The notes beneath the pieces are model-generated. The model searched no databases. It saw only the letters and a program-made list of their open reading frames with translations, and was not told where the DNA came from. Both the position numbers and the translations under genes were made by a program. A stretch of DNA of 64,000 nt from Opitutales bacterium. GTDB taxonomy: Bacteria; Verrucomicrobiota; Verrucomicrobiia; Opitutales; PNEW01. The number at the start of each line of letters is the position of its first letter. The first letter of the stretch is position 1. Shown one piece after another: positions 52,494-63,211 of the stretch. Location: positions 608,001-672,000 of the forward strand of contig CBDANS010000006.1 in NCBI GenBank assembly GCA_965197745.1, read 5' to 3'.

Positions 52494-53534
52494 ATGTACA
52501 CTTTAGAAGAAGATCTCCAAGAGATAATTGAACAAAGCCGCGTTGAGCTTGGGTCTTCTGGGATTATAGCTCGTGTGGAGACTGATGACTTTTTCTGGTG
52601 TGGGACATCCGGAATATTAACTTCCACCGACATTGATAGAGGATTCTACATTTGCAGTCTTAGTAAAACATTCACCGCAATTCTGGTAATGAAGCTTCTT
52701 GAAAATGGTAAACTAAAATTAGATGACCGAATTTCAATTTATCTCAATAAGATTAGCCCGTTTCAGAATATTACTATTAGGCAATTGCTAAATCACTCAC
52801 ATCGTATTCCAGATTATACAAGCTTTGATAACTACGAAGATGAAGTAAATAAATCTCCACATAATCCATGGTCGCGGGAATACATCTCTTCAAGAGCGAA
52901 AAAGATCGGCCTTCTGGAATCTTCGGACGGGAACTGGTCGTACTCAAATACTGGATACATGTATTTATATCAAATAATTGAAATTGTCACTGGGCAAAGT
53001 TATGTCGATGCTATTGACGAACTGGTTATCAAGCCACTCGGGTTTCAATACACGTATGTTGCTACTAAGATCGATAAAGGCAAAATTCTGATTCCAGCCT
53101 ATGACCAATATTTCTCTAAATATGAAGGAGACATACGTTGTCAATATCACCCTGACTGGTGTGCTACGGGTGTACTTGTATCAAATGTTAAGGAAGTATG
53201 TTAACTTTACAGAAAACTGTTAGAGGGTTCCATCCTATCAGAAGAGTCAATGCAAGAAGTATTAGAAGGAGTCGAAACACCTTACTGGGTTGGAGGACGA
53301 GAAGCGTTATACAATGGCAAGTTGAGTTATGGCCTTGGCATAAGAATCTGTAGAAAATTCCCTCTTGGTCCCTTTTTTGGTCATGGAGGAGATTGCCCAG
53401 GCTATTCGATTTGGGCTGGATATATAGATATTTCTGGCGGTAAAAATATAACGAGCTGTGTAGTCTGTAATAGCAGCCTTAAATTTCCACCAGCCGAAGT
53501 TTGGATGAAACTGATCAATCGTGTAGTGGAGTAA
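52494..53534 (+). pseudogene. serine hydrolase (beta-lactamase/D-peptidase family) with an in-frame TAA at 53202
   Basis: SLSK (SxxK), LLNH, YSN, HGG all in the same frame. Confidence 0.85.
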
Positions 53535-53643
53535 TAGAGGGAGTGTAAATAGAAATCATATTTTCTTTAACTCTCTCTCAATTATTGAAGCAATACTTTC
53601 AGGTGTTGCTGTAATAGCGACCACCAGTGCATTTTGGGGCTCC

Positions 53644-54159
53644 TCAAGAGTATTGTTTGTTGAGCTCCCAGCCGCCTTTTGTCTTTAGCGTAACCCTGAT
53701 ATTTCCATGTATATCCGTTCGAAAGACTTTGTCTCCCTGTTTCGATCCAGCGCTGCCGGTTTCGTAGAACTCCAAGGCCTTCTCTTCCGGATGACCAAAC
53801 GAGTTGTCTCCGACAGACACGATCGTAACGTCAGGACTGATCTTACGCAGATGATCTAGATAGTAATGTTTCTTGTCTCTTGGATCGTCGAAAAAGGTCA
53901 ACGATCCGTGATGGCTGGCGAGTAGCAGTGACGAACTGAGCGATTCTACATCGTAACTCCTCACTATACTGTACCTCCACGCAACTGCACTTGAATCGCC
54001 GGTGAGCATCATGCTTCCAAGAACTGCACCGTTCGCAGGTCGCCGTTGTTCTACTTTTATAACGATGCTTTGGGCATTCGCATCTGTATCCAAGGCATCA
54101 TTCTTGGAGTTCATTATTCTGAGTCGCGTGTTGCCGAAATCCCAGCGTTTCATTGCCTC
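53644..54159 (-). pseudogene. ComEC/Rec2-like metallo-beta-lactamase-fold protein, 5'-truncated by IS
   Basis: SIVIK, MLTGD, ASHHGS, SVGDNSFGHP, RTDIHGNI. Confidence 0.8.
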
Positions 54160-54522
54160 TGGAGTGACCCCAAAAAATCGTATCACTTACCGTGAGAGGT
54201 TATCGGGATAAACAGATAACCTCAATGAAAAGAAAAAGATACAGAACAGATCATAGCAATACTGCGGCAAGCCGATACAGGCAAGACGGGACAGGAAGTC
54301 TGCCGTGGTAACAACCTAAGCGAACCGCCCTTCTATCGGTGTGGTAAAAAGTCAATCAATTAGGGGTTACCTATAAGTGTGCTTACAGGATGGGTAAACA
54401 AATACGGAAGCTACTTAATGATAATATTGATCCTCTCAATAGTGTAGTTGAACTTGATGAAACCTATTAAGGGGCTAAAGAAAGCAACAAACATTAGCAT
54501 AAAAGGACCCGGTATACACAAG
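54160..54522 (+). mobile_element. IS3 subfamily A left-end fragment followed by an IS1595 transposase remnant
   Basis: TGGAGTGACCCCAAAAAATCGTATCA plus the orfA start; then YKCAYRMGKQIRK..VVELDETY with stops. Confidence 0.8.
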
Positions 54523-55417
54523 TGGTGTGACTCCTAAAAATCGTATCATTTACCGAGAGAGGTTATGGGGATAAACAGATAACCTCAATGAAAAGAAAAC
54601 GATATACAACAGAACAGATCATAGCAATACTCCGGCAGACCGATACGGGCAAGACGGGACAGGAAGTCTGCCGCGGCAACAACCTAAGTGAACAGACCTT
54701 CTATCGCTGGGGCAAAAAGTATGGCAACTTGGAGCTGGCCGATGCTCTAGCGATTTAAAGAACTGGAAAAAGAGAATACCGAGTTGAAGAAGCTGCTCGC
54801 TGATCAAATGCTCAAGAATCAGGTGATGGAGGAAACGCTGTCAAAAAAGTGGTGAGCCCCAAGCAGAAGAAGCTAGCAGTAAAAGGTGCAGTTGAGAAAG
54901 GGCTGTGCTCGTTTTAGAGGGCTTTTGCCTATCTCAGTCTCAGAGTTTTGGTCAACGTTCAGCTACAGGTCTAAGCAGGCCAGCAGGAAAGCTCAGCGGT
55001 TGGCCGAGCGGATTGTAACCCTGTCCTGGGAACATCCCCGCTACGGTTACCGGCGCATCCGTGCCTTGCTGGTGAAGGAAGGTTGGGCGGCGAGCAGGAA
55101 ATTTGTACAGGCAGTGCGACGTTCTTCGGGCTTACAGGTAAAGCCACCGAAAAAGCGTAGACACCGTCAAGGAGTCTCTACAGGGTCGCCTACTAAAGCA
55201 ACCGGTCGCAATCACGTTTGGTCCTGGGACTTTGTCCATGATCGCACAGACAATGGCGGTCCATTAAAGATGATGACTCTGATCGATGAATATACGCGTG
55301 AATGTCTGGATATCCGGGTAGCTCGTCAACTCCCCTCATCGGATGTCCTCTCTGTGCTTAGCGAGGCCATTGAAAAGGAGGGAGCTCCCAGCTATATCCG
55401 CAGTGATAATGGCAGTG

Positions 55418-55449
55418 TTCCGAGGAGCGAAGCGACGACATGCGAAGCC
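55418..55449 (+). repeat. 32-nt micro-insertion identical to 17827..17858
   Basis: AAT GGC AGT G[insert]A TTT ATC. Confidence 0.95.
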
Positions 55450-55571
55450 ATTTATCGCTCATCAAGTACAGCGGTGGTTGCGTGAAAAAAACATCAAGGC
55501 GATATATATCGATCCGGGCAGTCCCTGGCAAAACGGTTTCATCGAGTCGTTTCACAACCGCTTACGCGATG

Positions 55572-55607
55572 TACCGAGGAACGTAGTGACGACATAGCGA
55601 AGCGCTC
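55572..55607 (+). repeat. micro-insertion TACCGAGGAACGTAGTGACGACATAGCGAAGCGCTC in the RLRD-E-C codon
   Basis: Empty allele CGCGATGAGTGTTTG at ~17697-17711 (minus) and ~51267-51281. Confidence 0.95.
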
Positions 55608-55999
55608 ATGTTTGAACCGTGAAGTGTTGCTCAGCGTGGCTGAAGCGCAAGTGCTAATAGAACAATGGCGTCAGACCTATAACAATGAACATCCCCACAG
55701 TCGATTAGGCTTTCAAAGCCCACAAGAGTTTGTCAGATTCCTTTCAGATCTTGGCCGCGTTCGGGCTACGCCCTCACTGCTCCATGATCTCTCATATACA
55801 TCAATCCTAAAACCATTAACACCCGGTAGTTCTCTCACTTAATAATTGGTACGAATAACGGGGTCCGATCACTCTCACTATTCACTTCTAATTATCGTCC
55901 TTTTCCTGAACTTTCTTCACCGACATCAGCCACAGATGGTTGTTGACAAGATTTGGGGATCGGTAACGAACGCCATCCAGGAAATGATTCGGGCGTCGG

Positions 56000-57097
56000 C
56001 TACAGATCCAATCCGATACCAAATATGAACTGGAAATCGTTTTCCTCCGGTTCCTTACCGGTGGCGTCGGGAATAGGATTCGCTGTCCAGTCCCATACAA
56101 AGGAAACATTAAGGTTGAGCCTGTTTGTAATCTCGAACTCGATGCTTGTTATGGAATGTGAAATAACTCCCCCGGAAGCTTCGTCGGCATAGCGTAACTC
56201 ATAGATTCCGTTCAGATCCAGCCATTCTGTGATCTCCGTTACGAAATGGGATCCGACTGAGAACGAGAGCGCCTCATCGCTTGCCTGTTCTCCGACCTGC
56301 ACGGTGGAGAACCGTGTCAATTGATAACTGATTTCTGTCGTGGTATCCCATTCCGTTTTTGAGTTTCTCTTAATGTTGTAGCCGACCCCTGCGCCAAGAG
56401 AATAGCGGTTATCTATGTTTTGAAAGGGATTCGCGAAAGACTCAATGGCGAAGGGGCGAACGAAAAATTTCTTTGTAAAAGAAATATCGAAATATGAATT
56501 AGTGCGATGACTATTGGCCGTTTCTATTCCCTCGGTTTTACTGAAAGTTCCGATGTAATCGAAGTAGAAGCGGTTATTCGCGGTTCGATGCTGGATCGTC
56601 ACCAAGGTATTCCAGTCGGCTTGTTCGGTGTTTCCGCTCCCAATGTTCGCGCCGACGGTGGCTTTTGCGGACCACAAGTCCAGTTTCTTGGGGCTCCCAG
56701 CAGCGATTGAAAAAACGTCTGAGCGATTTATTACTAGGTCTTTCTCCGACTCCGTAACCACGAGTTCATCTCCTTTCATAAAGAGTTTGCCAGTTGCAGT
56801 TTGTCGATCTCCATAACGGACCATTTGCGATCGTGCCGAGTGCATCTGCGCTACATCGTCCCAATCGATGTCGAGGAGGCCGAGTTTGTCGCTGTCAAAC
56901 TCGACGGTGTAATCATACATCTCTTTAATTTCACCCTTTAGCCACTCTCCCGAGGTCAACTGGATCCAGTCGAACTCATCGGGTGGTGGTGGTAGTGGAC
57001 TCCATGCGGCGTAGTTCCCCATTGGAACGCCGAGAGAAAGGAGAGAAATGGAACTGACGAGTCGAATAAGGTACATTTTCTGTCCGAGACTTCTCAT
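56000..57097 (-). CDS. DUF481/YdiY-like outer-membrane beta-barrel protein
   Basis: DWIQLTSGEWLKG, SGNTE, alternating beta-strands, C-terminal FGIGLDL. Confidence 0.8.
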   Translation of the reverse strand: MRSLGQKMYLIRLVSSISLLSLGVPMGNYAAWSPLPPPPDEFDWIQLTSGEWLKGEIKEMYDYTVEFDSDKLGLLDIDWDDVAQMHSARSQMVRYGDRQTATGKLFMKGDELVVTESEKDLVINRSDVFSIAAGSPKKLDLWSAKATVGANIGSGNTEQADWNTLVTIQHRTANNRFYFDYIGTFSKTEGIETANSHRTNSYFDISFTKKFFVRPFAIESFANPFQNIDNRYSLGAGVGYNIKRNSKTEWDTTTEISYQLTRFSTVQVGEQASDEALSFSVGSHFVTEITEWLDLNGIYELRYADEASGGVISHSITSIEFEITNRLNLNVSFVWDWTANPIPDATGKEPEENDFQFIFGIGLDL

Positions 57098-57144
57098 ATG
57101 ATTTGTTAGAAAGGTTGGATTTATCGATTTTTCGATATGTTACG

Positions 57145-58273
57145 TGACCTGCACCCTTATGCTGTACCAGAGTCAGTTTTAAATCCAGCAGGGTGGCAAG
57201 GGTTTTGATTTGCTTAGATATGGCGCTCTGGGCGTATTCGGCCGAAGGCCGATAGCCCAAAGAACAGTGTCGTCTTTGAATATTATAATCAAACCTCCAG
57301 GATTCAAGTTACTCTTTCACTTCAGCTAGCGTACAAAATATCTTGGGGTTAAGAAGTTCATCTTGTAAGCGTCCATTGAAGCTCTCAATATAACCATTTT
57401 CTACGGGTCTGCCTGGCTGGATGAAATACAGATGGATACCTTGGGTGTAAGCCCACTCATCCAATACTTTGCCGGCAAACTCGGGGTCATTATCGACGGT
57501 AATGGTTTGAGCAAGACCGATTCCTTCAGCGGCTTTCGCCAGTGCAACGGTAACTTTACGTCCACCGATGGAGGTATCGGCCAGAAGCAGTGAGCAAGCT
57601 CGGGTATCCTGACCGACAACGTTGAAAATGCGCAAAGGGGTGGCCGTTAGCCAACTGACCTGCTCCCGATTACTGTACCAGAGCCAGTGTTAGATCCGGC
57701 AGAGTGGTAAGGTTTTTGATTTGCTTATCTTAGCCTCAGTGGGACAAGGTTCAGCTACCGGCCCAAGCAGGTCAGTAGGAAAGCTCAGCGATTGGCCGAA
57801 CGGATAGTGACGTTGTCCTGGGAACATCACCGCTACGGTTAGCGGCGCATCCGTGCCTTACTGGTAAAAGAGGGCTGGACAACAAGCAGGAAGTTTGTCC
57901 AGGCAGTACGACGTGCAGAGGGCTTACAGGTAAAGCGAACGAAAAAGCGCAGACCCCGTCAAGGGGTCTCAACATGGCTCCCCACTAAAGCAAAAGGACA
58001 CAATCACGTTTGGTCTTGGGACTTTGTCCATGATCGCACAGACAATGGCGGTCCATTAAAGATGATGACTCTGATCGATGAATATACGCGTAAATGTTTA
58101 AGCCACCGGGTAGATAGACAGCTCACCTCAACCGATGTCCTCTCGCTACTCAGCGAAACCACCGATGAAGAGGGAGTTCCAAGCTATATCCGCAGTGATA
58201 ATGGCAGTGAGTTTATCGCTAATCAAGTAGAGCGGTGGTTGCCCGAAAAAGACATCAAGGCGATCTATATCGA
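57145..58273. mobile_element. nested IS3 fragments (subfamily C on minus, 57145..57730; subfamily A on plus, ~57735..58273)
   Basis: TVDNDPEF..PGRPVENGYIESFNG; two C-type ends at 57145 and 57656; the A fragment has uninterrupted IDEY and SDNGSEF. Confidence 0.85.
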
Positions 58274-58372
58274 CGTGTTTAAGGACAGCCTCCAATATGG
58301 CGCCCGGTTCCCTGTGTTCCAGCCCTATCACAACGGGGTTTTATCGCAGTTGCACAGGACCAGGAACGCCCT

Positions 58373-58891
58373 TCAGTCAAAGAGTTTCTCATCCCCGCTT
58401 GCGGCCGAGTGCGCTTGCGATCCTCCTCTTAGCAATTCCAGGGGTAAAGGGTGATCGTCACTAACGCGGCCCTTTTGGATCGACTCGACATAAGCCTTGC
58501 CCAAGTCGGCCAGTATGAACCAACGCTTGCCGCAAACAACGCTACCCCTGGCCCCCAGGAACTCCCACTTTAAGAATCCCTTGAGTGCCCCCACATGATC
58601 ACCAAACCAGAACAAGAACCCGTTGCCTGCGCTCCGAGAGATGCAAAGCGGATCGTATCCCAACAGGGCATTGAAAACCACACTCGACTCTTTGCCAGAG
58701 ACTTTCATCACGGCTATGCTATCGGGGCCAGGGATCATGCCGATCAGGCCTCCCTTCCTGACGTGTTGGTGCAGTTGGATCAAACTCGGAAGGTATTTCG
58801 AGTCTCCCTTGAAAGGCAGGAATGGGGCAGAGTTTATCCTCAAAAGGTGAACGCCCCTACGGCGGAGTTGAGCTAAAGCGGATGTATTCAT
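58373..58891 (-). CDS. hypothetical protein
   Basis: 172-aa ORF co-oriented with the terminase-like module. Confidence 0.5.
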   Translation of the reverse strand: MNTSALAQLRRRGVHLLRINSAPFLPFKGDSKYLPSLIQLHQHVRKGGLIGMIPGPDSIAVMKVSGKESSVVFNALLGYDPLCISRSAGNGFLFWFGDHVGALKGFLKWEFLGARGSVVCGKRWFILADLGKAYVESIQKGRVSDDHPLPLELLRGGSQAHSAASGDEKLFD

Positions 58892-58926
58892 ACTTTTGAC
58901 AACAGAATTGAGAGGGATTTACCTTA

Positions 58927-59952
58927 TCAGTTGGATTGTAGACTCGGCTCATTTGCGTAATGTGCATTGTGAGGCGTGTTTGCCTGATGCGTGTGATGTG
59001 AAAGGGAGGGGTTTATGCTCCAAACTGAGCTTCCTTTCTGGGACTCTATCCCGGTCGTTTCTCCCGCGATAACGCAGGCCACGACCGCGGCGCGGCGCAG
59101 GTTGTCCGAAATATCATCCCTGAATTCGCCCAGGTACTCACTTCTGGCTGAGTTCTTGTCTTCTCTCAAAGCATCATCAACCACCGATTGGAGCAACGTG
59201 GGGTTCATTGTCCTTGAGGCAGCATTCCAAACCAAAACACCACTTGGTTTATTTTCGAAATGCGAACAGTACTGCTCATAGCACCATCCCTTTTTAGCGT
59301 ATGGACTGGAGATTACGATCATGCGTCCTCCGAGCGTGAAGAGCCCCGGCCGGACTGCTCGGATCAACTCGGTGTCGGATCTGATCTTGGCTTCCTCCTC
59401 CACACCGAAAAAACAAGCCTCATCAATTATTGAGCATACCAAAGTGAATCCCCGAACGGTTCTGAAATCGCCTGCCATGACCCTCACAGAGATGTTGTTT
59501 TTCAGGTCAAATCCGTCTCTTGTCTCCTCCGCAATTTCATTCTTGAGGATGTCGGTTTCAAAGATCGAGCGCAGGTAATTCTTGATGATTCCGGCCTGTG
59601 CCTTGGTCGGGGCTATGATCGGTAAAATCGCTTTCTCACCTTTAGCCAATTTCTCATGATGTCCGGCCAAGGTGGCCTCGTATGCTCCAACAATGGAAAT
59701 GACACGTGACTTCCCTCCTCTTCTACCGATCAGAAACAAAGCTGTTTTAAAACCTCCAGGTTCAAACTGGGGTTTTCGCTCCCAGCCGGTGTAAAGGCGG
59801 ATGAGTTTGGCTTTGTCCTTCGTTGGCTTCATATCCAATCCGCAAAGCACCTGCATGGCGGTCAACCAAGCCTGCCATGAATCCAAATCGCCCAGGAAGG
59901 GTTTAAAAATGTTCTCATCCTCAATGGCCTCGATGATGTTGTTAATCCGCAT
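58927..59952 (-). CDS. terminase large subunit-like ATPase domain (no recognisable nuclease domain)
   Basis: GRRGGKS Walker A, IIAPT..QA, IIDEA Walker B, ISSP coupling motif, MNP, EYLGEF. Confidence 0.8.
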   Translation of the reverse strand: MRINNIIEAIEDENIFKPFLGDLDSWQAWLTAMQVLCGLDMKPTKDKAKLIRLYTGWERKPQFEPGGFKTALFLIGRRGGKSRVISIVGAYEATLAGHHEKLAKGEKAILPIIAPTKAQAGIIKNYLRSIFETDILKNEIAEETRDGFDLKNNISVRVMAGDFRTVRGFTLVCSIIDEACFFGVEEEAKIRSDTELIRAVRPGLFTLGGRMIVISSPYAKKGWCYEQYCSHFENKPSGVLVWNAASRTMNPTLLQSVVDDALREDKNSARSEYLGEFRDDISDNLRRAAVVACVIAGETTGIESQKGSSVWSINPSLSHHTHQANTPHNAHYANEPSLQSN

Positions 59953-60316
59953 TCTGGCAAGCCTTCAAAGTTATTTCAGTGGCTGCCTTATCAAGTCCCA
60001 GCGTCTTGAGAAGCCCTAAGTAAGCATTGACCGCCTGCACATAAGATCCGCTCTCAAGTTCACTCGTCTCAACGGCAATCACTTCCAGCGTTTCGATGTA
60101 GACAGATAGAAATGCAGCACGGTCACAAAGTGATTTTTTCATTACTGACACCGCATTGGAATCACTGACGAATTCTTCATATCGACTCCTAATCGTTCGG
60201 ACCGAAGCCATTCTCAAATCTGCCTGTTTCCATAGCTTAGGCACATAGGTTACTGGCAGCCGTCTCCTTGGTGTGGCTTTGCTTCGCTTCTTCGATTCCT
60301 GTTGTGATTTCTCCAT
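59942..60316 (-). CDS. small helical protein, candidate terminase small subunit
   Basis: Overlaps the start of the TerL-like gene; C-terminal LLKTLGL. Confidence 0.5.
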   Translation of the reverse strand: MEKSQQESKKRSKATPRRRLPVTYVPKLWKQADLRMASVRTIRSRYEEFVSDSNAVSVMKKSLCDRAAFLSVYIETLEVIAVETSELESGSYVQAVNAYLGLLKTLGLDKAATEITLKACQNAD

Positions 60317-60378
60317 AGTTGGCCCTTACGGGCCCCAGGGCGGTGTACCAAAATACCGCCTTTCAGTCACACACCGTT

Positions 60379-60771
60379 TCAACCCTCCTCGTTACAGGAA
60401 TACAAAATACCAGGCCTCTCCGGAGGAGGAGGTTCGGGTTCAAAGACCACCACTTTGAGCTCAGGCCATATCAACTGGAGATGGTCCAACACCAATCCCT
60501 CATTTCCACCTTCTGAAAATACTATAGCAGGATTCCCATAATCCTCTGGAATCATGACATTAAGAGCATCTGCCAATACCTTGTCCGAACTCACCCATTC
60601 CCCCACGGGGTTAAAGGTGATCACCTCATCGCGGATCTTAATTACCAGCACTACTATTCCCTTTCTTTCTGGCCGGGGTTTTCTTAACGAGCCTCGTCCC
60701 TCTGCCGTCCTCAACAAACTGCCTTCCAGCTTTATCTCTTTTTCTTCTAGGCTCTTTAGGCTTGGAAACAC
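60379..60771 (-). CDS. hypothetical protein
   Basis: Co-oriented ORF directly after the resolvase; start uncertain. Confidence 0.4.
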   Translation of the reverse strand: MFPSLKSLEEKEIKLEGSLLRTAEGRGSLRKPRPERKGIVVLVIKIRDEVITFNPVGEWVSSDKVLADALNVMIPEDYGNPAIVFSEGGNEGLVLDHLQLIWPELKVVVFEPEPPPPERPGILYSCNEEG

Positions 60772-60774
60772 GCT

Positions 60775-61428
60775 TCACGATGCATCCCCTTTGATAATCC
60801 ACTTACCCTTGGCAGTACGATTTTCTCGAATCCATGTCGAAAGTGTATTCGGTGAGCAATCGAGTTCCTCAGCAACGCGATATTGTTTCACACCTTGGTC
60901 AATCTTGTCCCGGATCTCATCGCCACGGCCGTTCAAAATCCGACTACCCCTTCTACGACCGAGAACCACGCCATGAGCCTTTCGTGCAGCCAAAGCTTCA
61001 CGCGTTCGCTCACTAATCAAATCACGCTCAATCTCCGCGAGCATCGAGAACATAAAGAAGGTAACCTTAGTCCCTACATCACGCTTGCCGTCCTCCAATA
61101 CCAAACCCTCCTTAATGAAGTGGAGAGATGCCCCACTGTCTTTGACAAAGAACTCAACTAAGCGGCATATCTGACCGACACTCCGGGCAAGCCTCGATAA
61201 TTCACTGAAGATTATCACATCGACCTTACCCTCCCGGACCGCATCCTTTAGAACATCAATACCGCGTTCCTTCTCACCCTTGCGACTACTCACCGTCGTT
61301 TGCACAACGCGGTCTATTTGCCAGCCCTGCTTATTGGCGTATTCATAGATTGAAGCCTTTTGCCCCTGGTAATCCTGGCCCGTTGTCGATACCCGGCAAT
61401 AGCCCCACACGATCTTTTCATCCTTCAT
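60775..61428 (-). CDS. serine recombinase (resolvase/invertase) with C-terminal HTH
   Basis: GYCRVST..Q, ELSRLARS, AEIERDLISERT, LGRR. Confidence 0.95.
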   Translation of the reverse strand: MKDEKIVWGYCRVSTTGQDYQGQKASIYEYANKQGWQIDRVVQTTVSSRKGEKERGIDVLKDAVREGKVDVIIFSELSRLARSVGQICRLVEFFVKDSGASLHFIKEGLVLEDGKRDVGTKVTFFMFSMLAEIERDLISERTREALAARKAHGVVLGRRRGSRILNGRGDEIRDKIDQGVKQYRVAEELDCSPNTLSTWIRENRTAKGKWIIKGDAS

Positions 61429-62176
61429 TTTAATTTTTCCTTATTTTTAAATAATTAGATTTGTGCTTCTTGGTCGTTGTTTTTCAGTCCAGCGATAATC
61501 GCTTCGGTGTATCTGGTTGCGTCTTCTTCTTTGAGGCAACTTAAGCTCTCTACCATCTGGCGGTAGCAAAATCTCAGGTCGGCCCTTATTTCAATTTTTT
61601 CTTCTGCGTATTCGCTTGGGGTTCTCGCTTGTCTTGCTTTTTCTAAAAAGTCTATTTTGGTTTATCCTTTCTTTGAGGCGCATCTGCATGAGCCCTTGTT
61701 TTATCTCATTTCTTAAATAATTGTAGTTCTGCACTGTATTGTGATAAAAATATCAATTAAGTCAACCCTTTAAATCAATTTTTTTTCTATCTAAACGGTC
61801 GTTTATTTGCGTTAAGCACTCGGTGGTAAATCGATGCCCCCGTCGATCCTTTTAAAGCATTCTCGATCCAAACAGGTATTTGGAGTAGCATGGGGTATCC
61901 AAATAATTTCTTTTAAAAAATCAGCCTTTCCTCTGTTTCCTCTAGCTTTTCCTAAAGCTTGGGATCTAGTCCTCCCTACATCAGCCTTTATTCTGGTCCT
62001 ACCTACATGCCCTAATCCATGTGGTGTTATGCTTTCTTCTCGACCAAATCGGTGCTGTTGAAAACTCCCTCCATACGATAGATGAGTCTGTCTTCAATCC
62101 CTTCGGTGCATCATTACCTCAGTTGCTTTGGTGTAAATTATCCTTGGCTTCTGTTGTAACGATAACTCACACCGTT

Positions 62177-62419
62177 TCAACTGACCTCGTCCTCATAATC
62201 CTCTGCTAGCCAAGTTATAAGTTGGCGTGCACCAAATCTGGTCATGTGCGTAACGTGCCTTACATCATCTTCGAGATAATATTCGTCTGCTTTGGCACAG
62301 GTAATTGCTTCATCGAAATCGAACTCATGTTTTTTTAACAATCTCTCAATGTATTCGATTTGTCGTGGTGTTACCTCACGATGCCAGTTCTTTGGCTTTA
62401 GGTTCCAATCCTCATGCAT
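62177..62419 (-). CDS. small hypothetical protein
   Basis: TPRQIEYIERL..ARQLI..L pattern; overlaps the upstream gene's stop codon. Confidence 0.6.
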   Translation of the reverse strand: MHEDWNLKPKNWHREVTPRQIEYIERLLKKHEFDFDEAITCAKADEYYLEDDVRHVTHMTRFGARQLITWLAEDYEDEVS

Positions 62420-62925
62420 TATGTATTGGAAAAAATACGTATTAGAGTTTGTTGATCTTCAGTCAGCATCAATCGTGCTTCCTCCCAATCCACATTTCTG
62501 ATGCTGGTGGGATCTCCCTGTCCTATTTTTGTACCACGGTCACGGAGTTTAAGGATTAATGGTACAGCCTCAAAGAGGTAAACGTCCTCAGTTACGATCC
62601 CATCCTCTGACCCCTTAAGCACCAAATAAAAATCGGGGTAGTTGTCAGCATTGATATCGAGGTAGGTTTTCCTCGGCCCGTACCATTTTACATTCACCGA
62701 TCTGTCCTTGTGCTCCCCCGACTTGAAGCGGCCATCGAAAGCGATGTTGCCGGGTCGCTCTAATGCGATGTCGAATACCACGCAGGCAATAAACTCACCT
62801 ACGCTCCCACGATCAAACTGCCTCCCTATCATCGTTTCAATTTCACCGATTAGCGAGGCCATCCTTTCCAAGTCGTTGAAGCGATTCACCAATCCACTCT
62901 GAAGCAAGTGCGGGATCGTTGACAA
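62419..62925 (-). CDS. hypothetical protein, possible PD-(D/E)xK nuclease fold
   Basis: GSVGEFIA..FDG..VNVKWY. Confidence 0.6.
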   Translation of the reverse strand: MSTIPHLLQSGLVNRFNDLERMASLIGEIETMIGRQFDRGSVGEFIACVVFDIALERPGNIAFDGRFKSGEHKDRSVNVKWYGPRKTYLDINADNYPDFYLVLKGSEDGIVTEDVYLFEAVPLILKLRDRGTKIGQGDPTSIRNVDWEEARLMLTEDQQTLIRIFSNT

Positions 62926-63071
62926 GGGGGAAAATGGTGAGCCCGCAGGATGGCCGAGGATTCATTTTCATCCCCCCCTACCTTTAGCTGACATCGCGAG
63001 AAATTAACCCCACAGTCCTCCAAATTCACGGCATCGTGTCACCGGGTCAGCAGGTTCCGTGGTCTCGACCA

Positions 63072-63171
63072 CCTCACTTCGCCAAGATCTCTCCTATACA
63101 TCAATCCTAAAACCATTAACGCCCGGTTACACTCTCACTTAATTATTGGTACGAATAACGGGGTCCGATCA
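63072..63171 (+). mobile_element. IS3 subfamily A right-end fragment
   Basis: Matches 55772..55871. Confidence 0.88.
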
Positions 63172-63211
63172 TCTGTTCGGTTGTGGATCTTTTTCTTTTC
63201 ATTGAGGTTAT

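Larger units (their letters stand above)
54523..55871 (+). mobile_element. IS3-family element, subfamily A, copy 2 (two micro-insertions)
   Basis: Colinear with 17440..18789; both ends present. Confidence 0.93.
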
